Counted from the first letter of the whole stretch, positions 40,203-54,199 are shown. The stretch is 61,628 nt of DNA, filler included, from Globobulimina sp. (GCA_003354225.1; 10 parts of 10 records of this genome joined end to end with filler, not necessarily neighbours in it), one strand, 5' to 3'. The notes: generated from the sequence alone by a model not told the origin. Made by a program: numbers and translations.

Positions 40203-42953
40203 ATGTCGGCTGAAGCAGCAAGTGATGAGAAGAAAGAGTTTGTAATATGGAAAGAATGCACATTGTTACAAACCCAAATGAAGAAACTACTAAAATCATC
40301 AAATAATCCATTTCGAGACGAAATTGAGAAATTACGCTTAAGACTCCGGGAAAACTATTTATTTTTATTAGAGGAACATGGTGAATTCTCCTTTGATGAT
40401 AAGGATATCTTAGTAAATTTATGGAAATTTGTATTTTATAAACAAATTGAATTTTGTCGTAAACAGTTAAGAAAAAAACAAAATAATGAGGAAAGATTAG
40501 AGTTAATCAACAAATTGACCGATATCATTATACCTGATGCTAAATCGGTATACAATCAATTATTAAATAAACATTTAAAATATGCACACATTACGCCATC
40601 AATCGACGATGCATTATTATTAAAAACAAAAACAGACAAAAATATAACTACAATACAAATGCAATTATCTGTACAAATCGCGCATAAATCATTAATATAT
40701 ATCGGCGATTTAGAACGATATAAAGAAACTTATTTAAATCAAAATTATGAACAAGCCAAGCTATCATATTGCAGAGCATTGCAATTAATGCCAATCCGCG
40801 GCAATCCCCATAATCAGTTAGCTGTACTCAACCAAATGCAAAGCAATTGCGATTTAGCTGCCATTTATCGATATGTTTTGTCATTGTTTGTCAAGGAGCC
40901 TTTTATGACCGCAAAAGAGAATTTGTTATTATTATTTAAAAAAACAATCTCAATCATTGACAAAACACAGACACAAACACAGTCATTGCCATTACATAAA
41001 ATCATCAGAAACAAAGCAAACACATTTAAAGATATACAGATATATATTATTTATATATTTGCCACATTTAAAACTGCCAAATATCATAAAATAATTCATA
41101 AAATACAACCAATTATTTTAGAGAAAATAGGTAAAATCTTAGTATTACGCGATAGTGACAAACCAGAAGAAAAAGAACAGGATAAACATGAAGAGATTTC
41201 AATTATTATTAAACAACTATGCGTTATCTCCATTTATTTAGTGATTGAATGTTTCAATGATGACAGTAATTACATTGGTTATAAACAGTCCATTTCATGG
41301 ACATTGTCATTAATTGCCACCATCATACAATCAATCATCGCAAATGCAAATAGCAATAATAAGAAGAATAAAAGCAATAAGACTTCAAAGTCATTTCGGT
41401 TGTTAAAATATGTCAATTTATGTTGTTTGTGGTTGGAAAAGAATTTTGATTTTATTGTGCCTGATATCAACGAGGTGCCATTTATTCAAATGCAAATCGA
41501 GCAACATGACTTGAAGCCAAATAATACGTTTTTCAATCACTTTGCCAAATTATTAAATCTATTACATAACAGATATAAAAATGTAAAAAACCCCAAACCG
41601 CAACACAGCAAAAATAATATTATTACACCCGAACAAATCGAATTTTATGGTGTAAAACACTTAAATTTCATTAATTTTGATGATAAGAAATATAAAAATA
41701 ATAACGATTATATATTTATTTATCACCGACGATTTTGTACAAATTTACAAGACAAATATCAAGAAAGTCAAAGTAATAAAAAAGTGTCCGTCTCCACCTT
41801 AAATTATTTACGATATTTACAATTAGTAAAATTTGCGCAATATTCATCACAAAAAATTGAAGGGGTCTTAGTATTCAATGATAATAAATGGATAGCAAAT
41901 AAATTATTAGCTATCGAAGAGCCCAGCAATGCGTCACCACCACCTTTGCCGCAACAAGCACCGCCACCGCAACGTGCCTCGCAATCACCAATATTGCCAC
42001 CCATACCAATCAAACAAAAATCGCAAGGCTCGGGCTCCCACGCCGACAATTATTATTCTCCCGGCTTCCATTCCCATGCTCATTATCGCGACCATCACTC
42101 CAATCCGCCACATTCAATGTATCTAAACCCACATAGAAATTATCCGCACTCTGCTCCATCATCGCCACGCGGCGTAAACACCCATACAAACCACCACAAC
42201 CACCATCACCATTATCCGCATCAGCAGCCATACCAACCACTACCAAACCACCATCACCAATACAATGAATATAGACAGCATCAACGCCATCAGCATCAGC
42301 AACAGCATTATGTATTTAAACAGCAACAGCCGCCGTTAATGGAATATCCAGAGAATGAGGACGTGGTTTATGACACACATGGATATCGACAGAATCTAAA
42401 TACAATCAAATCAACGCCAACTTCGCCCAATGGACATCATCCGGTTAATGCATACCGTAATTATGACGGTAATGTACCAAATAGATATCAACCGGCATCC
42501 TTATCTTATGATAATTTGTCCAATACCAATGCCAATAGCAATACAGAGGAGAATAAACAATTTTATTTAGGAATACCGAGCCATGGCGTGGCAGCCGGCA
42601 GTGGCTCGCAGTCACAGAGTGTGCATACCCCCGGCGACACCGCATTTAATTTTAGCTCTGCGTATGCACATTCAGCTGCTGCTACGAATGCGGCTTTCCA
42701 TCCGCATGCACATCACCATAACCAACCAGTGACCCAACCCACTACGCCGGTGCATCATACGTCGATATCCCAATATCACAATCATCAGCAATATCATCCA
42801 CAGCCACAGCCACAGCCACAATATGCAGCACCACCACGCAGTCCAAATAGCGGCGCAGTTTTAAATTTTAACGCAAAAGACATGAACTCGCCGCTTAACT
42901 GTGATGATATTGTTAGCGCAGTGTTTAAAGACTTAGAATTGTCACAACAATAA
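40203..42953 (+). CDS. EST1/SMG6-SMG7-like nonsense-mediated decay factor (14-3-3-like TPR domain, low-complexity tail)
   Basis: LWKFVFYKQIE, LIYIGDLERY, ALQLMPIRGNPHNQLAVL, PFMTAKENL; no PIN domain seen. Confidence 0.85.
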   Translation: MSAEAASDEKKEFVIWKECTLLQTQMKKLLKSSNNPFRDEIEKLRLRLRENYLFLLEEHGEFSFDDKDILVNLWKFVFYKQIEFCRKQLRKKQNNEERLELINKLTDIIIPDAKSVYNQLLNKHLKYAHITPSIDDALLLKTKTDKNITTIQMQLSVQIAHKSLIYIGDLERYKETYLNQNYEQAKLSYCRALQLMPIRGNPHNQLAVLNQMQSNCDLAAIYRYVLSLFVKEPFMTAKENLLLLFKKTISIIDKTQTQTQSLPLHKIIRNKANTFKDIQIYIIYIFATFKTAKYHKIIHKIQPIILEKIGKILVLRDSDKPEEKEQDKHEEISIIIKQLCVISIYLVIECFNDDSNYIGYKQSISWTLSLIATIIQSIIANANSNNKKNKSNKTSKSFRLLKYVNLCCLWLEKNFDFIVPDINEVPFIQMQIEQHDLKPNNTFFNHFAKLLNLLHNRYKNVKNPKPQHSKNNIITPEQIEFYGVKHLNFINFDDKKYKNNNDYIFIYHRRFCTNLQDKYQESQSNKKVSVSTLNYLRYLQLVKFAQYSSQKIEGVLVFNDNKWIANKLLAIEEPSNASPPPLPQQAPPPQRASQSPILPPIPIKQKSQGSGSHADNYYSPGFHSHAHYRDHHSNPPHSMYLNPHRNYPHSAPSSPRGVNTHTNHHNHHHHYPHQQPYQPLPNHHHQYNEYRQHQRHQHQQQHYVFKQQQPPLMEYPENEDVVYDTHGYRQNLNTIKSTPTSPNGHHPVNAYRNYDGNVPNRYQPASLSYDNLSNTNANSNTEENKQFYLGIPSHGVAAGSGSQSQSVHTPGDTAFNFSSAYAHSAAATNAAFHPHAHHHNQPVTQPTTPVHHTSISQYHNHQQYHPQPQPQPQYAAPPRSPNSGAVLNFNAKDMNSPLNCDDIVSAVFKDLELSQQ

Positions 42954-43292
42954 CTATTAATTCCTATATTTTATTTATTATTTACTTTTATATTTTCTTT
43001 TCAATTCTTGGCTTTGTGCTTTTATACATAATATTTGCTTTTCTTTTTTCGATTCTATTCGTGTGCTTTTAGTGTGTTTTTTGTTGTTGGAGCAGAATCT
43101 TTGTGTTATTTGTTTTAACTCTCTGATACGTCTGATTATGATATAAGGTTTAAGTGTGTATTTTTTTTGTTGTGTNNNNNNNNNNNNNNNNNNNNNNNNN
43201 NNNNNNNNNNNNNNNNNNNTTAATTAATTAANNNNNNNNNNNNNNNNNNNNNNNNNNNNNNNNNNNNNNNNNNNNTTATTAGATTTAGTACT

Positions 43293-45435
43293 TCAATATA
43301 TTTGAATCGAAACATAATCACATAATCTCTTTCTAACAACCTTCCAAAATGCAGCAATCTTAATTCCTTTTTTAACCAATAATTGATCCTCGTTGCTCAT
43401 TTTTAATAACTTATCGATGGACATTCCCATTGTTGTTTGAATTTCTATTGCAATCATTGCTGCTTTTTGTGCCCACTGTTCACATTGCAAAGGATTCAAA
43501 GCATTGTTACTTTCACTATAATACTTATATCTCGGGATTCCTGACGTACTCATAAACCACCATTTCTTCTCATTTGCAAAATATCTTACTGATCTACCAT
43601 CTTCTCCTTTTTTGTACCAACATCTACCATCTTTTTTAGTATTTTGTAGTTGATATTCACCATAATATTTTGAATCACCATAACCAGAAACATGTATATA
43701 TTCCAATTCTCCAGTGACTGCGATTGGTTTCTCATTTTTTTTGTTAAACAATGCCATTTCCATTTGATTAACAGTATTCATATAATAATGATTTAATGTG
43801 AAGGGTCTTGATTTTAATTCAACGTCGATAATATCTAATACAACGGTCTTTGCTTTATCACAATTATTACGCAATATATCATCAAATACACAGTGTAATC
43901 TTCGTAGCAAATTTGGATACTTTTGAGTCAAACATTTGATTTCTTTGCCAACTATAATATCTAAATAAGCATCAACATCATTTATTAAATCAATTGATGG
44001 CTTTTTAACTTTTTGTACCAAATCACGATGTGTTTCAACTATAATTGATGGATGTATCTCATTTGGAAATCCTTCAAAACCACGAATTTTTTTATTTTTG
44101 TCTTTAATCGTTTTCATAAAATTATCAGACACAAATTCTGACGGTTTCTTAATTGTTCTTATAGTTTGACCATATTCTTCAAACATATCCATCGTTTTGG
44201 AGCACACATACTGTTCTTTATAATCATTATCCAAATCACCTTTTGCTTTGATTAAAACATTCAATTTTTTAAACAAAGTTCTTAATATTTTTCGGAATTC
44301 GCGCTTACATTCATTTGTAGTTATTGGTTGATCGACAAATTGCTCTTTTTCATTTTCCAATGCACTGATTTTATCCTTAATTGTTTTCTTTAAAGTTGGT
44401 AATACTTCAAACATTTTATTTTTCTGTATTTTTACCAAACGTTTTGTCAATGCAATGCTACCTTTGGATGATTTGGGAATTTCATTTAAATCTTCCCTTT
44501 CTTTCAAATAATTTATCTCATTTTGTTGTACTATTTGCAAAGCGATATTCTTTTCATTTTCTCGTTGTGTTCTATTTCTAACTAAAAAAACCCTCTCTTT
44601 GGGAAAGTTTTCCTTTGTAATCAGTGAATTAAACTTCTTTGTTAATCCAGAATCAGTATACAAATCAATCTTTGTTAATACCAATAATGTCCTTTGTCTC
44701 TGCGGATCCGCATGTTTTGATAACTTTAAACTCTCTGCGTTTGCTGCTTCATTGGTGCAATTTAGCACATTGACTATTATACTTTGTTCACTTTTGATGT
44801 ATTTCTTAACCATATTTTTAATTTCCTTTTTATCAAAAATCATGAAAATGTATAATAAATTATGGTTTGATGACAAATCGAACATAAAAATATTGAAATA
44901 ATACCTGAATTTTATTATCATTATCATCATTATGTATCAGTCCCGGTAAATCAATCAATGTTAAATTTGGTAAATCTGCATCATAAATTGTCAATGTTAT
45001 TGGTTTATCTGCTACAGACTGATTACCACTATTCGGTACTAATTTGTTTGTGTATTCTTCAACGTTTTTACAGATATCCTCAAATTGTATTTGTTTATTT
45101 TGCTGTAATTCCACATCATCTGATTTTGCTGATATGTACACGCATCTTTTTGGATGTTTCTCATTACATTTTCTCAATCTTAATTCAGCAGGAACTCTTG
45201 TACAAATTTCTTGATTTCTGGGCAAATCAACGCCAGAAATTAATTCCATTAATGAAGATTTGCCATGCGATTGATCACCAATCACAACTACTGTCGGTAT
45301 TTTAATGTCTTCATCATTATTACCAATTAAATTTCTTATTTCATCCAATGTATTAAGAATATTTTGAAACTCTTTGAAATGCGACTGCAAATGGCCGAAA
45401 TTGTTGTCTTTACGTTCTTCCCTTGCTTCTTCCAT
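43293..45435 (-). CDS. Mx-like dynamin-related GTPase; intron 44826-44904
   Basis: G1 GDQSHGKSS, G2 CTR, G3 DLPG, G4 TKID; stalk PFTLNHYY; GED AFWKVVRKRLCD. Confidence 0.88.
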
Positions 45436-45619
45436 TATAATTCGTTTCAAATAATAATTAATTTTACAGAAAAAAAATCTTACTTTACGTTTAAATGAGT
45501 ACATTGCGAATTTGCGTGTATGGCAGTATAAATTGAAAGAAAGAAAGAAAGAAAGAATAACACAAAGATGTTACATTAAAGAAAAGAAATAATAAATGTC
45601 ATGTTAGAACAGCAAACGC

Positions 45620-47572
45620 TCATTCAACACCCTTACTGCATACTGTTATATTCATAAAATATGTTTTGCGATATTTAACCCCATGAATTTTGCTATTCAT
45701 ACCTCCAAAATTACCACCAAACCAAAAGGACAAATATTCATAATGTTGTTTCCGCAAAAAAAGCGGAGATATTTCAATGGTTTCCAATGATCTTAATTGA
45801 ATCAATAATTTACAAATTTCCTCTGATATTTTATCACTACACGCAATGCTTTGTTTATTTTGCTGTCGTACTTTTTTACACAGCTCATCACTTTTTGTTG
45901 GATGATCCAAATGAATATATTTTAACATATGATTTACTTTTGTTCGTTCAATTAAATATTTTAAAAATTGAATTACATTCTCATTCAAATCAACTCCCTG
46001 ACCTTTATAACAAAACGAAAGCTTTTCCAAATTTGGAAACATTGAAAGGTTAAACGTTTTCAATAAATCTTTCAACGGATCAGTCGAATACGTATCAATC
46101 ATCAACGTTTTTAACGACATAATTGGCGCTGAAATATTATTTATATTCAAAGAATTTGTATCCGTCACATTTAACGATCTCAATTTATGCGTATGGCCAA
46201 TTAAATAATCCAGTTTATTAAAATTCGGCGGTTTGTTTAGCATCAAATCATTTGTAAATAAACAAGCAAAATCTGTGAGATTGGGAGCTGAGTCTAATAT
46301 ATTGACACAAATAGCGTTCACAACATTGGTTACTTCCTCACGAATCCGTACAACTCCACTCCTGATATTCCATCGATACGCATGGTCAAATACAAGCTTC
46401 ACGCTCTTTAAACGAAGGCATTTCAATTCAAAAGATTTTGAATCAACCAACATCTGATAATATGTTTCACTTTCAAGCTCTGCAATTTTTATTTTTAGAA
46501 TCAAAGTTGTCAACATATGTAAAGAAGGCAACACATAAAGCGGATGTTTTTCAATGTTCATACGTTCACTATCCGCAATGGTCGATGATAAGTCAATATC
46601 TAAATATTGTAAAGTCTGTCCATAGTATTTCTGTCCAAATATGTCCCAAAAGTGCGGGTGATGAGAAAACGGAGCTTGGCCAATGGTCAGCTTTTGAATA
46701 TTAGGAAATAATGATTTGAATGAGTCAACATCTTCTTTTCCAAGCAAAATGGAATAATTTTTGTGTTGATGTATATTTACGGTGTCTACAGAATGAAATA
46801 GTTTACATTTCGCGATGCTGTCAATGTCCGCATTAGTTGATGCCAACCAATATGCCCACACTATAAAGTAAGACTGTTTGTTATTTTTCTCATTTCTCTC
46901 TCCATATTTATCTAAATATTTATCATTGAAAGAACTTTGGAATTGGTAGTGTGTTAACTTGTAATTCAGTGTTTTGAAATTGCGTGCTTTTTCTAAAATG
47001 TTTGATAAAATATCAAACTGCTCCATTTGAGCTGCGGTATGTTGACATTTGGAAGAGCCTGGATCTAAGAACACGAATTTAACATCGACTGTATCCAAAT
47101 GTGCGTCATAATATTCTCTGTAATTAATGGTATTGGACGCTAATGCTTCCACGAAATTTTTATCGATAATTAAATGTGATTTGGACATGGAGGCTCGGCA
47201 GAAATTATAAAAATGTTTTGAGACTAATTTGCATTTTAGTCTTTCGTGCATGTCGCAATATGATATGGTATATGCTCCTAAACAGGTTGGTAATGATGAA
47301 AGCAATGTACTGTTTTTGATATTTGTTTTATTTGATATACGAGATGGAGCATGGGGTTCTGGTTTGGTTGTGAATGTTTTGTACCACTCATAAAGTAAGT
47401 CGTCGCACCAACTCATATCCATCAATGACGTACAGAATCGTAATAATATGCGTTTTATTATTGATTCATTAATCGTCGAAATGTATGAAATAAGTTGAGA
47501 TTTATTCATTGTTGCAATTCTTTCTTTGAGGCAATGCAGGCCAAGAATATCGGTGCAATTAATTGCCGGCAT
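45620..47572 (-). CDS. F-box/LRR-like protein
   Basis: LSSLPTCLGAYTISYC...KLVSKHF F-box-like segment followed by LxxLxL repeats (FPNIQKL, APNLTDF, FPNLEKL). Confidence 0.6.
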   Translation of the reverse strand: MPAINCTDILGLHCLKERIATMNKSQLISYISTINESIIKRILLRFCTSLMDMSWCDDLLYEWYKTFTTKPEPHAPSRISNKTNIKNSTLLSSLPTCLGAYTISYCDMHERLKCKLVSKHFYNFCRASMSKSHLIIDKNFVEALASNTINYREYYDAHLDTVDVKFVFLDPGSSKCQHTAAQMEQFDILSNILEKARNFKTLNYKLTHYQFQSSFNDKYLDKYGERNEKNNKQSYFIVWAYWLASTNADIDSIAKCKLFHSVDTVNIHQHKNYSILLGKEDVDSFKSLFPNIQKLTIGQAPFSHHPHFWDIFGQKYYGQTLQYLDIDLSSTIADSERMNIEKHPLYVLPSLHMLTTLILKIKIAELESETYYQMLVDSKSFELKCLRLKSVKLVFDHAYRWNIRSGVVRIREEVTNVVNAICVNILDSAPNLTDFACLFTNDLMLNKPPNFNKLDYLIGHTHKLRSLNVTDTNSLNINNISAPIMSLKTLMIDTYSTDPLKDLLKTFNLSMFPNLEKLSFCYKGQGVDLNENVIQFLKYLIERTKVNHMLKYIHLDHPTKSDELCKKVRQQNKQSIACSDKISEEICKLLIQLRSLETIEISPLFLRKQHYEYLSFWFGGNFGGMNSKIHGVKYRKTYFMNITVCSKGVE

Positions 47573-47700
47573 CTGTACAAGGATAAATCGACGACTTTTA
47601 TGAATCGAATTAAAGTTGGTTTCTAGTCAATTTTGGTTACAATTATTTCTGGAAAGTTTTTACTATTTATTGAGCTGATCAGAGAAAAACATCTTTACAA

Positions 47701-48638
47701 ATGACAACCATGAAGCAACTAAGAAATATGCCAACTACAAAGCGTCTTGCTGGCTTAGCGTTGTTAGTGACATTGACAAGCCTAATTTTATACTGTTAAA
47801 ATACATTTATGTTGTTTTGTATGTTCATTCTCATTGTGAATACATATCATCAGACTATGTGTCAACCACAGATGAATGCAGTCAAAACCCAGAAGCTTGT
47901 CGTGATGTCCATATAAATATTGAACACCATGATGCAGACCATATACATAAAGTTACTGACAACAATAATCCAATCTTATTATTTCTACGGCATGGAATAC
48001 GTTTGGATAAAGTACCAAATGATAATATTGAATGGAACGACAGAAAGGAGAGATATTATGACACTCCTCTGTCTGATTATGATTTGCCGTTGGAAATTGC
48101 GACAAATATACTGAATGATAATAAATTATCACATTTTAAACCTTTCAAAATGATCATATCTCCGTACAGACGATGTATAGAGACCGCTGCGATTGCAGCG
48201 AATAAATTTGGTGTAAATACATTTGAAATTGACTCAAGAATTGGTGAAATATCGCATGACCCGACAAGTGGTGATGCATTATTGCCAATGGATGCACATT
48301 ATATCTCATTCGATGAAATGAAAAATCTAATCTCTAAACATTTAAGTCCGGATAAAGAAGTTGAAATTATATGGAATCATCGTGAAAAACCTGGGAATAA
48401 CCAATGGAATGAGGCTTTGAATGAATATAAAAATATGCTAACTAATAATAAACATTTAATGTTTGTTTCTCATGCTGGCATACTTATGAATTGTGGACAT
48501 AATTCTTGTTGTACGGAACTGAATGACTTGAAAATGGATTATTGTGCATGGTATGCTATCAATGCCGACAATGATGACTTAATATCGTTTGGTAATATGG
48601 GTCAAGAAATGTCACTAATGACAAAAAGTATAAACTAA
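47701..48638 (+). CDS. Histidine phosphatase (phosphoglycerate mutase superfamily) with N-terminal TM exon
   Basis: FLRHG, ISPYRRCIETA, FVSHAG. Confidence 0.85.
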
Positions 48639-48763
48639 TTTTTTAAACCAATTTCTTTTTTGATTGATCACTGACAGTCTGGCAACCTAAAAAAATAAAA
48701 CAACATAAATTATATTTACACAAAAAAAAAAAACAACAAAAAAAATTTTAGAAAATATTAAAA

Positions 48764-49328
48764 TTATACACTATCATCAATCGAATCTGAATTAATGCCT
48801 ATATCACTGGCATATTTTGACTTTGATTGAGAAATATTGGGTGATTTTGAGCGTGGTTTGGGTTTCAATCTTGTTCCAGAATTACTTCTTTGTTTTTTCT
48901 TATTTGGTTTAAATTTCCTTTTCCTGCTTTTTCTTCGACCGTCCGTATCATTGCTCTCACTCTCATCATCATCAATAATAATATCAACAATGTCACCCAT
49001 CGATGCGGGCGACGTCGGTGTTCCCATATCACCATATTCTTCATAATATTCTTCCAAGTCATCACTATGTCGACTCTCTTTGCTGCTCTTTGCTTGTAAT
49101 TTTAACAGATAATTTTTTGGCAATTTTTTTCTATGCTGATTCTTTTTATTATTCATATTCGTTCGCACTTTTTTAAGCATAATTTCATGCTCTTTTTCTA
49201 ATTTCTTATATTCATGTTCTTTATTCGCATATTTGTCATTTATTTTTTTCAAATCCTCCCTTAAATAATGCAATTTAATGGCTATGCTATTCAGAAACAG
49301 AAATAATGCGACTTCTGGTTTCCATTGC
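48764..49328 (-). CDS. C-terminal part of a coiled-coil/low-complexity protein
   Basis: Frame open from the contig edge; charged, K/R- and S/D-rich. Confidence 0.5.
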
Positions 49329-49629
49329 NNNNNNNNNNNNNNNNNNNNNNNNNNNNNNNNNNNNNNNNNNNNTTAATTAATTAANNNNNNNNNNNNNNNN
49401 NNNNNNNNNNNNNNNNNNNNNNNNNNNNCACAATCCAAATAAAACAACAACAAAAAGAAAAAGAAAACATAAAATGAACAACACACATACGACATTGAAG
49501 CTACACAAGTTAATGAAGTTATATACAAAAAATATTTCCAACATTGGCAAACAATCAAAACGATAATCATTCAGTATTTTTTACAAAAAATTGCAGCAAA
49601 TAAACGGCACACAATTAATTGAGATGAGA

Positions 49630-52600
49630 TCAAACATGAAAATCAAAATCAGAATCACTCTCAGAATTAGAATTAGAATCAGAACCAGAATTTGAATTAG
49701 CATCAGAATCATATTTGGTTGCAATTGCTTGTAATTCAATCGTTTTAATATTTGTATTATTTATTATCTCACAATCAGACCCTTCTCTTTTTTCATTCAA
49801 ATTAATATTTGTATTTTCAAATATTATCTCAACATTCAAAGTATTGTCACAAATTACAATATTATGCACACCATCAACGCTCTTAAATCTTATCTCATAT
49901 TCTTCCTTTAAACCAAAATATTTTTCAAATTTATTTTTTAAAGATTTACAATGTTTTTCATATAATTTTATTATTTCATTTACATTCATCCCAAAATGTA
50001 CAACATATAACGACAATCCTTCACTTGCACTGACTTGCGAATTTCGAGATATTTCAATATTTTCAAGTGGAACACCAAATGTTTGGCAAAGTATCATTCT
50101 CAAATTATATGTTTTATCTTTATTTGCTGCAAATTTCGCATTTGATTGTTTATCATTTATCTGGATATAATATTTGATAATATTCGCATTACTATCATTT
50201 CTATAAAACGGTGTGCAGATAATCGATAAAACAGACATAACAAATGCAATCACCGCATTTTGTGTTAGCGTCTGAATGGATGCACTGTAAACAATTTGGA
50301 TTATAATTTGTGGAATATGTTGCAAGCAAATTGACGCAATAATCTTTATTGTATTTAGTTGTTTTAATTCATAATTTGTTAAACCAGAATTAAATGATTT
50401 CGCACCGAATATGTTTGATGATAAAAGGAGTAAAACGGGATAACAGCCGCCAGAAATAATAAATAAAAATCCAAAAATGTAATCCCTGCCTTCAAAAAAT
50501 AAAATCGCATTCACATTTTCCGTCGGTAATAATGTAACAAAATGACCCGCAAAATATGCATTTACACCATACGGAATTAATAAAAATACAATGCATAATA
50601 TCGCACAAATGCTAATCCTTACATCTGTTAAAAAATATTCATGTAATAATAATTCCGAACAAAGATTAACATCGCTCACAACACATAAAAGGCGTAAACC
50701 ATAAATCATTGCGGCAAACACTATCGCATCGTTCATGGCAATCTTTGAATGTATAAAGCCCAAAACTGAAATAATAAACAACCAAAATATAATCATACAT
50801 AATACGATCAATATTTTGGAATCGAAAATACGTACTCCAGATCCATCAGTATTTAATGCTTGCAGTTTGCCCTCGCTTTCGATTGAAAATTTCAATTTTG
50901 ATGATCCTAAATATTGTCTCAATTTATTTGTTACCAATGACTCGAATTCTTCTCCAAAACCATCAGAATTTGCTAACTTTCTACATTTAGATTGTTTCGT
51001 ACATTTAATTTTACTGTTTATAGATATTCCATTTGAAAGTGCCTGCAAAAAATGTGATTCTTGGTTTTCGTCTATATCCGCTATCTCAAAACCTAACATA
51101 TCAATTATCTCTAATTTAAAAAACTTAATTTGTACTCCACTGGATTCAACATATGAGTCTTGGATAAATTCCATCATTTCATCAACAATTTGCAATATAT
51201 TACTCACCAATATTGAAACGTATATATTTTCTAAATCTTCGATTAAATATATTATGTTAAAAAATGTATCAAACTCTCTTGTTGAGCTTGGAGAGATCGT
51301 TGGTTGTCGTGTTGGTGATGATGTTGGATTATATGTTGATTCGCTTGGTACTAAGGTCGGATTTCGTGTTGGAGTTTCTGTTGGAAATATAGTTGGGTCA
51401 AATGTAGGGGTTAATGTCGGATTTAGTGTGGTGGGTTCTGTAGGATCTTTGGTTGGATCTGTGCTTGGATCCGTAGTTGGGATTGTTGTGGGGATTGATG
51501 TCGGATAAATAGTAGGATCCAATGATGGATGGTATGTTGGGTTATTTGGGATTTGAGTGGGATGTGGTGTTGGGATTGAGGTTGGATAATTTGTTGGATA
51601 AATAGTAGGATCCAATGATGGATCGTAGGTTGGGTTATAAGTGGGTATTTGAGTGGGATGTGATGTCGGATAAATAGTAGGATTCAATGATGGACGGTAT
51701 GTTGGGTTATAGGTTGGGCTTTGAGTGGGATAATTTGTTAGATAAATAGTAGGATTTAGTGATGTCTGGAAATCAGTTGGAATATGAGTTGGATGTATTG
51801 TTGGAAGATGCGTAGGATCAGCAGTCTGGAAACATTTATGTTGCGATAATATATCGTTATTAAAAAATGAAATACCATTATTTGCAGCTGGCAAGTACAA
51901 TATAGAGGAATTTATAGCTACCACACAAGGACCACCACACTGATTATTTATAAATTGCGTTTCAAACATATATATATTTTCAAAATTTGGAAACGACAAT
52001 AAATTGTTTATATTGTTATTATCCGAAAACACACTATCCACAATTTTAATATTTGATGAATTATAAGATGCAGATAAACAGTCATTAATTTGATGGGGGG
52101 CACGTCTGCTCATATCATCATAAAATATAAAAGGCATAGAGTTGTTACTAAACTGTGTGGACGAAATAATTAATGATGAGTTTGAAGATGAATTAATTGA
52201 TATTAACGGTGTATAAACAATTGGATTATAAGAATTTATATTATTTACGAAATATGAATTTTCAATGAAAATATTTGAAATTGTTTGCGAATATAAATTA
52301 ATTGATATGGCTGAACAATTACAATTCGATCCATTAAATTGAAAGCTATTAAATTGAAATCGAACATCATATGTTGACTTAATTGAAATGGACGAGTACG
52401 AAACACGTGGAGTAGGCAGACACAATGAGTCAGAAATAAGCCAATCACCATCCATTGTTACTGATTTATTGGAGCCATTGCCGTTGTATGGTATTTCTAT
52501 ATTAATATCAATCGATGTCGTGCAAGTATTGATGTTTTTATTATCAATAAAAGTCAACGAATTACCATAAAAACTACCATTAAAAACGTTAATTACATAC

Positions 52601-54112
52601 ACGTTCATCGTCAGTAATAATACGTTTGTAAACTTTGTATTTGTAATCTGTAGCGGTTGATTTGCATGGAAATAAGTTGCATGGTTTATTACGCCGAGAC
52701 AAACATTAAATGTATCAAATACGCTGTCTTTAATTATCAACAAAGCACCGCTTATATCAAATGTATAATCATTGCAATTTGTATTCGTGATATTATAGAA
52801 TGTGCTGTTGATAAATAGCAATTTACCTATTTTTGAACTGTCAGCACTGAATAAATTGAAAAAATTGGAAACGATTAAATTGCTGAAAAGCGTATCTGTA
52901 ATGTTTAATACAAAGCCGTCGTAATTTAGCTGCATAATATTAAATAAACTTGCTCCAATTTGCGTATCTTGAATTATAGAATTAATAATTCTAATATTGC
53001 TGGCATTGCATGCTTTGTTTTTCGCGTTTCCCAAATCAAACAATCCATATATTGAGCTATCAGTTAATTTAAAACCATCCAATAATATCTCATATCCAGC
53101 ACCAATGCATTCCTTTTTTGGGTCAATTTTAAAAACATATTTAGTGCCAGCACTCGTATCAATATTCACAAACTCTGTGTTAATAATATGTATTTTCCAG
53201 GTTTGTGCGCTTAATTCCTTGCCTTCATTCAACGAAAATAGTTTATAATCTGAATGTACAATGTTGCTGAACATACTGTTTCTTAATGTTAAAAACGTGT
53301 TTTCCTGAATTACCCACTTAATCTGCGGAATGTTATTATATGTTATGTTATCAAAATATATCTCTCCTCCATAAAATTGAATTATATCATTCGTGCCGGG
53401 AATGTCAGAAAAAATGCAATTCTTAGCTGTGAATCTGGCGTCTGTCCCATTGACATACCAAACCACAGCATATTGCGAAGCCCACGGCATCATCCATTTA
53501 TTTATTAAAACATCTTCTAAATAAACAGTCCCTTTTTGAAATACTTGAATCATAGGAATTCGCGAGAATGTACAGCCATCGACGCCGGCTGCTCTTGTGG
53601 CTAATGCTAATCGCTGCAAACTTACATAACAATAACTGTCGCTATCACAGCCTATCCAGCCATTATACGTTACCGCTTCCAGCCATGGCGCGCAATGTCC
53701 TGAGGGTTTATAATTACAAATATATAATTAGTTTGATAATTACTTTGGTGGTTCGATGTTGAAACATGTACATACCAACGAAATGAGTGGTTATTTTCGT
53801 TTTCAATGTTCCTTGGCCAATGATTGTAAGTTGAGCCGCATATGAAAAATATAATGATTCAACCGAAGTATAATTACCTTCGCCTAATACAATCGTTGCA
53901 TTATTTATCGGATCTGTCTGAACTAAACCTAACGCATAATCAATATTTTGACATGGATGTGATGCGTTTTTACATGTATTTAATGGCGGTGATGTATCTG
54001 ATCCGCTGTTATCAACATATAACCATTCTAATGACAATACAGACATGTGGTTGTTTAGAAATACAAATAAGAAAACATAATATGGCAATAACAACATATC
54101 CGAGAATGACAT
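49630..54112 (-). CDS. Large cell-surface protein: beta-helix-like ectodomain, PT-repeat stalk, multi-TM C-terminus (two or more exons)
   Basis: Signal peptide and YVDNSGSD...PCQNIDYA in exon 1; N-rich parallel beta-helix repeats; PTxx repeats; about 6-7 TM helices. Confidence 0.8.
51295..51820 (-). repeat. Coding PTxx (Pro-Thr) tandem repeats
   Basis: PTIYPTNYPTSIPT... 12-nt period. Confidence 0.85.
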
Positions 54113-54199
54113 TGGAATTCTAAACGTACGCTAACTTTCAAAAGAACAATTGTTGTTTTACTTACTTACGTTTTTTTTGAAGATCCCTATAACATAATC

